Part shown: positions 29,244 through 38,046 of the stretch, piece by piece
Layout: every line of letters starts with the position of its first letter
Position numbering within the stretch: position 1 is the first letter of the stretch
Source of the DNA: an uncultured archaeon
Lineage (GTDB): Archaea; Asgardarchaeota; Thorarchaeia; Thorarchaeales; Thorarchaeaceae
Direction of reading: 5' to 3'
DNA: 63,001 bases
Assembly: GCA_964590575.1 (NCBI GenBank)
Contig: CAZPWM010000005.1
Span: 1 to 63,001, forward strand
The notes under the pieces: model-generated
Databases searched by the model: none
What the model was told of the DNA's origin: nothing
What the model saw: the letters and a program-made list of their open reading frames with translations, nothing else
Translations under genes and position numbers: made by a program

Positions 29244-30778
29244 TGCTACAACTAGACCTTATTGCAGATTCAATCCGTGGGATTCTTTCCCCTATTACCA
29301 ATTGGTTACTGACAATCATACCCGCAGGGTGGATCATGTCATTGCCTGCTCTAACATTGATTGTCTTCGCTATATTGGCACTTGCAGTAGGTCTCAAGTA
29401 CAACCCACTTGGTCTAAGCTTTATCGGTCTCATAATTGCTGGTCTTGAGATGTTGATGTTTGAACCCGCAGTTCTTGGGGCAGAATCTTTCGGAGGTCAG
29501 TTTGTAAGAGACCCTATGGCTGACTTCTTCATCTACATCATTCTCATAGTCGGCTTTCTAGTCTTGATGTCTTCTACTCTATATGGCGGGGATAAAGGTC
29601 CATACAACTTCCTGCTGCTAATTTCCTTTTCAGGAGCAATCTGGGTTGTAATGGCGACCGACTTGGTTGGACTGTTCTTGGCTTGGGAGATGATGTCAAC
29701 ACCGACATACATACTTGTTGCCCTTGGCCCTGCCCGAGAGGCAATTGATGGTGCAACGAAGTACTTCGTCATGGGCCTTCTTGCTACTATGTTGATGTTG
29801 TTTGGAATTGCCCTTGTATACGGTGTTACTGGAACAACTGACCTTGTCCTCGTGGCATCTGCAGTAGAGGGCATCTGGGGTATGTTCGCTACAACTCCAA
29901 ACGCTGCCTATACAATCCTTCTAGCTTTGGTGTTATTCATTGTTTCATTCGGATTTAAGGTAGGTGTGTTCCCTGGATGGCAATGGGTGCCAGATGCATA
30001 TGCCAGTGCAGATGGAAGCGTCACTGCATATCTTGCAGGCGGATCCAAGAAGACAGGTGTGGGTGCTCTTATGAGAATCCTCGTCATTGGGTTCGTAGTA
30101 GCTCAGACTCAATGGGTGTTTCTCATCGTTGGAGTCGCAATCCTCACCATGATTATTGGAAATGTTCTAGCTCTCGCACAGAAGGATATCATGAGGATGT
30201 TGGCATATAGTAGCATTGCTATGATGGGCTATCTCTTCATTGGAATTGCCTCTGCCATGAATCCCGTCGATACTGCAAGTATTGCTGCATATAATCTGGG
30301 CGTTGGTGCAGCACTTTTCCATGCTTTCACACACGCATTGATGAAGACATCTGCATTCATTCTGGTGTGGGCGCTTTCAATCAAGCTCGCAAAACGGATA
30401 ACGTACGATGATCTAGCTGGGCTAAGCAAACGTGCACCCTTTGCTGCGGGTATGCTGACTATTCTAATGCTATCATTAGCTGGTATGCCACTCACGGTTG
30501 GGTTCTGGTCAAAACTGATTCTCTTCCAGAGTGCAGTCGTTGCTGGAATGTGGTGGCTCGCACTCATAGGTCTCTTGAACTCGGTGTTTTCACTCGGTTA
30601 CTATTTGCGTGTGTTAAGATACTCCTACATGATGGATGCTCCAGATGATTCAAGAATCAAACTGCCAACTATTCCCTTTGTTGCAGTTACAATCTGTGTC
30701 ATCGCAGTGATTGCCCTCTTCCTCTTTCCAAATATTATACTAGACTATGCATTCGCAGCTGTACCCGCAGTACCATAG
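29240..30778 (+). CDS. nuoN: Complex I subunit N
   Basis: WEMMS, KYFVMG, FKVGVFP..WVPDAY, SKK, RMLAYSSI, LAGMPLTVGFWSK, YYLRV. Confidence 0.93.
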   Translation: MMLQLDLIADSIRGILSPITNWLLTIIPAGWIMSLPALTLIVFAILALAVGLKYNPLGLSFIGLIIAGLEMLMFEPAVLGAESFGGQFVRDPMADFFIYIILIVGFLVLMSSTLYGGDKGPYNFLLLISFSGAIWVVMATDLVGLFLAWEMMSTPTYILVALGPAREAIDGATKYFVMGLLATMLMLFGIALVYGVTGTTDLVLVASAVEGIWGMFATTPNAAYTILLALVLFIVSFGFKVGVFPGWQWVPDAYASADGSVTAYLAGGSKKTGVGALMRILVIGFVVAQTQWVFLIVGVAILTMIIGNVLALAQKDIMRMLAYSSIAMMGYLFIGIASAMNPVDTASIAAYNLGVGAALFHAFTHALMKTSAFILVWALSIKLAKRITYDDLAGLSKRAPFAAGMLTILMLSLAGMPLTVGFWSKLILFQSAVVAGMWWLALIGLLNSVFSLGYYLRVLRYSYMMDAPDDSRIKLPTIPFVAVTICVIAVIALFLFPNIILDYAFAAVPAVP

Positions 30779-30803
30779 AATTGAGAGCAAATAGAAGACT
30801 TGG

Positions 30804-31361
30804 CTATTTCTTACGGCTAAGTCGTCCTTCTTCTTTTTTAATAGCAGTTTCTACACACTTGGTGAACATCTCTTCGATATTCTCTCCTGTTTTTGCAGAG
30901 GTCTCAATGTAGTCTATATTTAGCCATCGACTGACCATTTCCCCTGCCTCCTGAGGGACTACACGATCCTCCCTATCCACCTTGTTTGCAACCAGAATAA
31001 TAACTGCATCGGGAGAGACCTTTATGAAATTGTCATACCATGAAGCCACGTTCAGAAAAGTCGGAGGTCTAGTCACGTCATACACAAGAAATGCAATTGA
31101 TGCCCCTACCATGTATCTTGAACGAAGGTCTTTGTAGGTGGGTTGTCCTGCTAGATCCCAGAGAACAACTTGTGCTATCGAATGTTCGCCCGGTCGAAGC
31201 TCAATCTCGACGTTCTTCAGAGCTATGCTTGTACCAATTGTTGCCTTATACGTTTCTCCGTAACTGTTCTGAGTGTACCGCATGATGCAGCTTGTTTTAC
31301 CTACGGCCCCATCACCAAGTGCTACCATTTTAAGCACATATCTGGGACCTTCTTCTTCCAC
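30804..31361 (-). CDS. Rab-like small GTPase (Ras superfamily)
   Basis: G1 GDGAVGKT, G2 YKATIG, G3 WDLAGQ, G4 NKVD, G5 ETSAK; no terminal Cys. Confidence 0.93.
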   Translation of the reverse strand: MEEEGPRYVLKMVALGDGAVGKTSCIMRYTQNSYGETYKATIGTSIALKNVEIELRPGEHSIAQVVLWDLAGQPTYKDLRSRYMVGASIAFLVYDVTRPPTFLNVASWYDNFIKVSPDAVIILVANKVDREDRVVPQEAGEMVSRWLNIDYIETSAKTGENIEEMFTKCVETAIKKEEGRLSRKK

Positions 31362-31442
31362 TAGACACCCTTCCTCTACTTGGAATCTGTACGCACTCTT
31401 ATGATTTAACCATTCTGGGAAATTAGATGCAAATAGGGAAAT

Positions 31443-33401
31443 CTAGCAGCCGTTGGGCAGTTTCAGAACAAATCGCGTACCCTTGGTGAAATCTCCTTCT
31501 ACACGATTCTCAACCCAAATATCACCTGAGTATATGTCAACAATCTGCTTGACCAAAGTGAGCCCTACTCCAGAGACCCTATGGACCCTGTCATCAATTC
31601 CTGTAAGGAGGCTTTTCTTTAGTCGGTCATCGATTCCTTGGCCCCAGTCTTCAAAATCAAACTGTATGAATGCCCCCTCCTCTACAAGGCTAGTGTTGAC
31701 ATTTACACGTATATCATCACTACTAGAGAATTTCACAGCATTATGAAGTAGATTGTAAAAAACGTCTTGCAGGAATTCATTGGACATTATGCAATATACT
31801 CCACTTTCCAAGTTTGTTGTAATTGTGATTTTTCTATGAGGAAATGATTGCTTAACAGTCTGGATAGCATCTATCAATGCATTTGCGGGGTCAGTCTTTT
31901 TAAGTGCAAATTTCTTCTGATTCACCACTGAGAACTTCTTCACATTGTGAATGAGAGACACGCTTCGATTGACCTGAAATAGCGCATTCTGCGCTATTTC
32001 TTTAAGATGCTCAGGAAAATTCTCATCCTCAAGTAGCAACTCAAGGCTCGACATTATTCCTTGGTGAAGATTATTGATATCGTGTGCCATCAAATCTGAC
32101 ATCCAAATCGCACGAGCTCTAGCTTCTTCACGTTGTTTCTCAGCTTCCACCTGCTCAGTGATATCAATGGAGAATCCCCCAATCAAAGGTGAACTCCCTT
32201 CTTTGATAATGGGAAACTTGTGAGTTCGAAATGTCCGTTGCTTTCCATCCTGAATTGTTTCCTGTATTCTGTCAACTGGACCTTCTTTCAATACTCTCTT
32301 GTCTTCTTCCGTCAACTCTGTCGCGCGCTCACTCTCGAAAAGATCAAAATTTGTTAGACCCTCCCAATTTTCACGATTCTGCTCTGGTGCCTGGCCACGC
32401 ATGCATCTATTTACGAATAGCACTTTTGATGTTTCATCCTTGATGTATACTGGACCTGGCATATTATCAGCAAATGCTGTGAAGCGTTCTTGGAACTCCT
32501 GAAGTTCTTGTTGAGTTCTTCTACGTTCTAGAACAGTGGCGAACATGCTTGCGATTGTTGCAAAGACAGTCCTCTGATCTTCTTGAAGTTGTTTTGATTT
32601 CTTGGCTGCAATGTTTATCACACCGAGAAGGTTATCCTTTGAACCTATGATTGGCCAGAATATAAGAGTATGAATACCTAACTCTCTTGCCCTCTTCATT
32701 CTGTCCTTACTTTCAGGTGATTTGTCTATGTCTTCAGTGAAAAGTGGCGACATTGTTCGACCAGTCCTTGCAACGAGGAAATTGGGATCATCAAGGTGAA
32801 CACCCTCTGGTGTGCCTCCCTTCTCAATCCCGACAAACGCCATCAAATCGAGTGAGTTTGTTGAGGAATTATATAATCGGATTGTACCAAGGTCGAATCC
32901 AAGTGTTTCGATAAGTCCAGAGAGTACTTGATTACACAAGGATGGAATCTCCTCAGTGCTAATTGCAGCCTCTGCTATGACGCTGTATGCGTGTCGTTCA
33001 GTAGCAAGTGTTTCTTTGGAAAGTTCATCGCTTGTGACATCGATAGAGTAGGCAATTACATACTTTTCATTTTCGACCACTATTGAATTGGCTGTCACCT
33101 CAAGAAAACGTCTTTCGCTTTTTGCATTAATGAATTGATAACGTGCTTGATCTTTTTCTCTCCTTCCAGAGCTAAGTGCTAACAATCTAGTTAGAGCTAA
33201 CTCTTGATCGTCGGGACCTAGGACCGTCGCTATATTAGCTACTTTTTTGCCGACAACTTGTTCCGGTTCGAATCCCAATCCAGCGGCCATTATTGGGTTA
33301 ATATACACTATCTTCTCATCATGAATGACAATAACTCCCTGTGGTGAGGAATCAAATAGTGTATGCAGAAGCGTATCTCGAGAACCTTCCAATTGAGTCA
33401 C
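31443..33401 (-). CDS. Soluble PAS-GAF-PAS sensor histidine kinase
   Basis: PAS (IVYINP..DVT), GAF (LLGVINI), PAS (DIT), H-box AHDINN, N-box NLLHNAVKF, DWGQGI, SGVGL. Confidence 0.9.
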   Translation of the reverse strand: MTQLEGSRDTLLHTLFDSSPQGVIVIHDEKIVYINPIMAAGLGFEPEQVVGKKVANIATVLGPDDQELALTRLLALSSGRREKDQARYQFINAKSERRFLEVTANSIVVENEKYVIAYSIDVTSDELSKETLATERHAYSVIAEAAISTEEIPSLCNQVLSGLIETLGFDLGTIRLYNSSTNSLDLMAFVGIEKGGTPEGVHLDDPNFLVARTGRTMSPLFTEDIDKSPESKDRMKRARELGIHTLIFWPIIGSKDNLLGVINIAAKKSKQLQEDQRTVFATIASMFATVLERRRTQQELQEFQERFTAFADNMPGPVYIKDETSKVLFVNRCMRGQAPEQNRENWEGLTNFDLFESERATELTEEDKRVLKEGPVDRIQETIQDGKQRTFRTHKFPIIKEGSSPLIGGFSIDITEQVEAEKQREEARARAIWMSDLMAHDINNLHQGIMSSLELLLEDENFPEHLKEIAQNALFQVNRSVSLIHNVKKFSVVNQKKFALKKTDPANALIDAIQTVKQSFPHRKITITTNLESGVYCIMSNEFLQDVFYNLLHNAVKFSSSDDIRVNVNTSLVEEGAFIQFDFEDWGQGIDDRLKKSLLTGIDDRVHRVSGVGLTLVKQIVDIYSGDIWVENRVEGDFTKGTRFVLKLPNGC

Positions 33402-33478
33402 CTACCATACAACCTGAGGAATTTCATTCAAAAGCGATTTGGTAGTTACATATAAACAGATGAAACAGCGGAATTAAG

Positions 33479-33507
33479 CGATGTACATTTACGTACATCG
33501 ATGGACA
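33479..33507 (+). promoter_or_regulatory. TRP-box-like operator upstream of trpB2
   Basis: TGTACA-N4-CGTACA-N4-TGGACA (33482-33507). The first two boxes lie within the inverted repeat CGATGTAC-N6-GTACATCG. Resembles the TrpY-bound TGTACA box. Confidence 0.55.
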
Positions 33508-33520
33508 TATATGCGTAATG

Positions 33521-33528
33521 CTTATAAG
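33521..33528 (+). promoter_or_regulatory. TATA box candidate for trpB2
   Basis: CTTATAAG directly downstream of the TRP-box-like repeats. Confidence 0.45.
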
Positions 33529-33771
33529 GACGCTTCAAACGACGATTACAACCGTTTCTGAATGTGGAAACATGATACGAGCGTGCCTTGGCCAATGGCT
33601 TTTGGGTCCTGCGGGACCCGTTTAGTCTGTATGCTACATGGCACAGGCACACTATCATCTTCTTCTGATAGATTGTATATTCCATGTCTGACGCAGCCCA
33701 TTGCTTCATCCGTGACAGTAGCTCAGAGGACACTCCATACTCAGATTCGGTTCTTTTCCGGAGACTGAATT

Positions 33772-35133
33772 ATGAATAAAGAACTTGCTAGAATCCAATT
33801 GGATGTCGAAGATACACCGAAACAATATCTGAACATTCTACCACATCTGAAGCATCCTCTTCCGCCACCAATTAATCCGGTTACAGAGGAACCAGTTAGT
33901 CCTGAAGCTCTAATTGCCCTCTTTCCAAAAGAGTGTGTCATGCAGGAGGTCTCTACCAAGAAGAACATCTCTATACCTGAAGAAGTTCGAGAAATTCTCA
34001 TGAGATCAGGTCGACCAACGCCTTTACAGAGAGCGATTGGACTCGAAAGGGCATTAAAGACTCATTGTCGGATATATTACAAGCGAGAAGACGTTTCTCC
34101 AACTGGTAGCCACAAGCTGAACACTGCAGCTGCTCAAGCCTATTATGCTCAGAAAGAGGGGGTCGAACGGTTGGCTACCGAAACAGGTGCTGGTCAGTGG
34201 GGCAGTGCAGTTTCCCTTGCATGTGCATATTTTGGGCTTGAGGCTATGGTCTACATGGTTCGAATAAGTTACGAGCAGAAACAATACCGTGGTGTTATGA
34301 TGAGGACTTATGGCGCTAAGATTGTCCCAAGTCCCTCTGATCTAACGGAGTTTGGCCGCAAGTTCAACAAAGAGCACCCAGGTCATCCTGGGACTCTTGG
34401 CATTGCCATTAGCGAGGCTATTGAGGACACTATCCACAATGAGAATACAAAGTATACACTTGGCTCAGTCCTCAACTTTGTTATGCTCCATCAGTCTGTT
34501 ATTGGATTAGAAACCATTGCACAGCTTGATAGTGTCGATGAAACTCCAGATTATGTCATTGGTTGTGTTGGTGGCGGCAGCAACTACGCGGGATTGGCTT
34601 ATCCATTCATAGTAGATAATCGATTCCGTGATACTACGTTCATTGCTGCAGAACCCACAGCCTGTCCATCTCTCACAAAAGGTGAATACCGATACGACTT
34701 TGGAGATACAGCAGGCCTGACTCCAAAATTGAAAATGCACACCTTGGGCGCTGACTTCACGCCTCCCAAAATACACGCAGGTGGTCTAAGATACCACGGT
34801 GTTGCTCCAACGATCAGCGCCCTTGTACTAGAAGGGCGAATTACCGCGAGGGCATTCAATCAGATTGACATTTTGAATGCAGGAGTGCTTTTTGCGAAGT
34901 CGGAAGGTATTATCCCCGCACCTGAATCTGCTCATGCAATAAAGGCAACTATTGACATTGCTATGGAAGCTACTAAGAAGAATGAATCACCTACAATAGT
35001 GTTCAACCTTTCAGGACATGGCCACTTTGACATGGCGGCTTATGGCGCTTTATTGGATGGCACTCTGAATGGTGACGTTCCAGATTTTATTCCTCAAGCA
35101 CAAAGTGATCTCCTCACAGTGCAGGGTAAGTGA
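33772..35133 (+). CDS. trpB2: Tryptophan synthase beta chain, type 2 (TrpB2)
   Basis: [65 protein letters not shown]. Confidence 0.95.
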   Translation: MNKELARIQLDVEDTPKQYLNILPHLKHPLPPPINPVTEEPVSPEALIALFPKECVMQEVSTKKNISIPEEVREILMRSGRPTPLQRAIGLERALKTHCRIYYKREDVSPTGSHKLNTAAAQAYYAQKEGVERLATETGAGQWGSAVSLACAYFGLEAMVYMVRISYEQKQYRGVMMRTYGAKIVPSPSDLTEFGRKFNKEHPGHPGTLGIAISEAIEDTIHNENTKYTLGSVLNFVMLHQSVIGLETIAQLDSVDETPDYVIGCVGGGSNYAGLAYPFIVDNRFRDTTFIAAEPTACPSLTKGEYRYDFGDTAGLTPKLKMHTLGADFTPPKIHAGGLRYHGVAPTISALVLEGRITARAFNQIDILNAGVLFAKSEGIIPAPESAHAIKATIDIAMEATKKNESPTIVFNLSGHGHFDMAAYGALLDGTLNGDVPDFIPQAQSDLLTVQGK

Positions 35134-35138
35134 TGCAA

Positions 35139-35170
35139 AACCGCTGCTATATGCAGCGGTTATCTTTTTT
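35139..35170 (+). terminator. Hairpin plus T tract between convergent genes
   Basis: AACCGCTGC-tatat-GCAGCGGTT then ATCTTTTTT. Confidence 0.7.
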
Positions 35171-36558
35171 TATCTGGAGAGTTTCAGCACATTTGCGAGT
35201 GCTTGTGCAGCTCTTTGAGGACTTGAGAAGAATGGGATTCCTGATGCCTCCAGAATCTCATACCCAGGAGGTTTTTTTGTGTCCGGTGATGTTAGGATAC
35301 TGATTACTGGTTTCGAAACCTTTCTGGATGCCTCAACTATCTCATTGATTGGTACTCCCCCACCAATCCCCTCTTGGTAGTTTGGTGAGAAAACAATCAT
35401 AGCTGCATCGAACTGGTCTTCCATCAGAACCAACTCAAATGACTCTGCAAATATTCGAGGATTTGCCCAACCCTGTGCAAGGAGATCAATTGGATTCTTG
35501 ATTGGAATATCAACTGGCATGCCAAGCTTTGACTGAATTTTCGTTGCTACTGTTCTGGATGGAAGTGGAAGTTCTATTCCATTCGACTCGAGGGTCTGAG
35601 CAGCAATTAAAGCGATACCCAACGTGTGAGTTACAATTGCAACACTACGTCCCTTAGGTCGATGTTTGCATATGGTAAGAATGCGAGCTGTATCAATCAT
35701 CTCACTGACGCCTCCTACCTCAATGGCTCCAGCTTGTTTCATTGCTGCAGTATACAATTCTGCATTACCTGCCAGACTGCCAGTGTGGCTTAATGCTGCC
35801 TCTCTTGATGCAGGAGTCTTTCCTACTTTGAAGACGATAACTGGTTTCTCGGGAGTTGTTTTTTGAATCTCCTCAGTCATCTCCCGTGCATACTCAGTGC
35901 CTTCGATAAAGAGACAAATGGTTTTAGTGTCTGAGTCCTCTCTGAGATATCTCAACATATCGTGGAAGTCTATGTTGACACGATTTCCAATACTTGCGAA
36001 CTTCGATACCCCGAGGTCCGAGTCTGCTGCTCGATAGATCATCATTCCTGTGACGCCCCCACTCTGACTCACCATCGCAACTGAGCCGCCTTTCATTGGT
36101 GTGGGGTGTGGGAAGAAGGTTGCATTCAGATTAATATTGCAATTCCCTGCGCCAAGGCAGTTTGGTCCAATTACTGCAATGTGTCCAGAATCAGCAACTT
36201 CCCGAACTTTGCGCTGATGCTCCTCGCCAATACCTCCAAGTTCTTTGAAACCTGCTGAGAAGATGATAGCTCCCTTCACACCGACCTTTGCGCATTCGGT
36301 AAGTGTCGAGATGATATATTGTGGACCAAGAGCAATTATTGCAAGGTCTACTTGTTTGTCAATATCACTTACTGAAGGATAGCATTTTGAATCTCCAACC
36401 TTCTTGAGTCGTGGATTCACGGGGTAAAGATCCCCCTTGTATGTCTGAAGCGCGAGCAGAGTAAGCGCACCGAGTTTGTCTGGTTTGTCTGAAGCTCCAA
36501 CTACTGCAATTGATTGAGGATTGAACAATTTATGCAATGATTCATTCTTCCAAGTCAT
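35170..36558 (-). CDS. ADP-forming acyl-CoA synthetase alpha subunit (AcdA-like)
   Basis: FNPQSIAVVGAS, YPVNP, SAGFKE, GPNCLG, SQSGG, phospho-His SHTGSLAG, NPIDL. Confidence 0.9.
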   Translation of the reverse strand: MTWKNESLHKLFNPQSIAVVGASDKPDKLGALTLLALQTYKGDLYPVNPRLKKVGDSKCYPSVSDIDKQVDLAIIALGPQYIISTLTECAKVGVKGAIIFSAGFKELGGIGEEHQRKVREVADSGHIAVIGPNCLGAGNCNINLNATFFPHPTPMKGGSVAMVSQSGGVTGMMIYRAADSDLGVSKFASIGNRVNIDFHDMLRYLREDSDTKTICLFIEGTEYAREMTEEIQKTTPEKPVIVFKVGKTPASREAALSHTGSLAGNAELYTAAMKQAGAIEVGGVSEMIDTARILTICKHRPKGRSVAIVTHTLGIALIAAQTLESNGIELPLPSRTVATKIQSKLGMPVDIPIKNPIDLLAQGWANPRIFAESFELVLMEDQFDAAMIVFSPNYQEGIGGGVPINEIVEASRKVSKPVISILTSPDTKKPPGYEILEASGIPFFSSPQRAAQALANVLKLSR

Positions 36559-37457
36559 GATGTGCTACCTTCCTCAAAGGAACTAAGTATTCCCCTTGCT
36601 TTTGAGATTATGAAAGTTGAGATTGCTTTTCGTGCATCATCATATCCTGTCAAAGGAATTATCGTAACTTTCCTCTTCTTAGCCTTATCAATCATGTATT
36701 CCTGAATCAACCGTGTAGCCTCGAACTCCATATCCCGGACCGCTATATCCTCAGAAACTGTCCTCAGTTTTCCAATCGCATGCTTACTTGCAAACATTGC
36801 TCTGTGTGATTCTCTATCTGGATTAATTAAAATCTCACACACGCCAGAACTTAGATCTTGGAGAGATCCTGGTTCAATGTGGACGCCTTCAATGACTGAA
36901 ATAGCCCCCTCAGCAATTACTCTTTCAGTCATGGCGACAATGTGTGGTGTAATGATTTCGCACTGAGCTATGTAACCTCTGACTACTGGTTTCAAGCTCT
37001 GTTGTCCTGCTTGTCTGCACTTATGTGCTTGGTAAGTGTGACAGAATAATTCAGGATGTTGTTCTTCAGTGTAGATGCTTCGAAGAACCTGTCTGATTGA
37101 ATCAGTACTGATAAATCTCGTCGCTGTGAGATCATGCATAAGTTCGAGTGCTATCAGAGACTTGCCTGTAGCGGAAGCCCCCTCAAGAGCAACAACGATT
37201 GCTGGAATATCCAGTAACTTTCCTCTAAGGTCATCATATCTTGAGAGAATATCAAAATTACTTATGATAGAAGATTGGTATGAACTCAGAGATTTTCTGA
37301 TGTGTCCAAGTAAGTCCTTCTCTGATTCTATCTTTGCAATTGATGATTCATTCATGATTTCCGAGATGCCCCGTTCATTAAGACCACTAAGTCTTAGTCT
37401 GCCTTTTAATGAGAACAGTGGGTATGGAATTGTTTCATCTCGAACTCGTAGCTTCAT
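36555..37457 (-). CDS. 2-phosphoglycerate kinase-like P-loop kinase
   Basis: GASATGKS, ISTDSIRQVLR, IEGVH; overlaps the acdA start. Track start 37478. Confidence 0.75.
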   Translation of the reverse strand: MKLRVRDETIPYPLFSLKGRLRLSGLNERGISEIMNESSIAKIESEKDLLGHIRKSLSSYQSSIISNFDILSRYDDLRGKLLDIPAIVVALEGASATGKSLIALELMHDLTATRFISTDSIRQVLRSIYTEEQHPELFCHTYQAHKCRQAGQQSLKPVVRGYIAQCEIITPHIVAMTERVIAEGAISVIEGVHIEPGSLQDLSSGVCEILINPDRESHRAMFASKHAIGKLRTVSEDIAVRDMEFEATRLIQEYMIDKAKKRKVTIIPLTGYDDARKAISTFIISKARGILSSFEEGSTS

Positions 37458-37497
37458 GACAGTTGCACCTGTATACAAGTGCCATGCCCGAACAACC

Positions 37498-37998
37498 TCA
37501 AAAGCCCTTCCGTGAGCAATATCCCTTTGATTCCCTTCCTGGAGTGCCTTGGAAAGAACGCCCTGTTGGAGACCTCCTCTGTTTCCTGCGTTTTGGTCTT
37601 CCCATAAATGGTCTGCTCATATTTACTGTTCCTTCTACTTTTGTAATTGCATTAGAAGCAATTCGGATATTTCCCCATCGTCCCTTTGAAAGACTCATAC
37701 ATTCATCGTATATGCTAACATACCCATTCAACAATTCGTATGTCTGTCCATTTTCTATCTCTTCTATCTCTTCATTCCATAGAGTGAGAGTAATGACTGC
37801 CGATTCATCACCTACAACACTTTCAGTGATAAGATAGGGTTTCCCTGTTGCTCTTGCAGTAACCTGTCGTTGTGATCCTTTCTTGATTACACTGAATCTG
37901 ACATTGACTGCTCTCGATTCAACGGTTAGTTTCGAAATTAGAGTCCAATCCTTTTCTGGAATTGCTACTGATTCGCTCACGTCTTGCAAAATGGACAC
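37498..37998 (-). CDS. Single OB-fold ssDNA-binding protein (SSB/RPA-like) with basic tail
   Basis: VNVRFSVI, VGDESAVITLTLWN, LNGYV, LSKGRWG; Arg-rich C-terminus. Confidence 0.8.
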   Translation of the reverse strand: MSILQDVSESVAIPEKDWTLISKLTVESRAVNVRFSVIKKGSQRQVTARATGKPYLITESVVGDESAVITLTLWNEEIEEIENGQTYELLNGYVSIYDECMSLSKGRWGNIRIASNAITKVEGTVNMSRPFMGRPKRRKQRRSPTGRSFQGTPGRESKGYCSRKGF

Positions 37999-38046
37999 GC
38001 ATCCACAGTTGTGTTCCCTTGGGAATTAAAGAACACCACACTTTCT

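Noticed and set aside
33446-33733. Minus-strand 95-aa ORF upstream of the kinase
   Set aside because: No recognisable motif, and it overlaps the trpB2 promoter and leader elements
37498-37600. Nuclear-localisation-like signal in the SSB tail
   Set aside because: Basic tails are common on archaeal SSBs, so there is no basis for an NLS function
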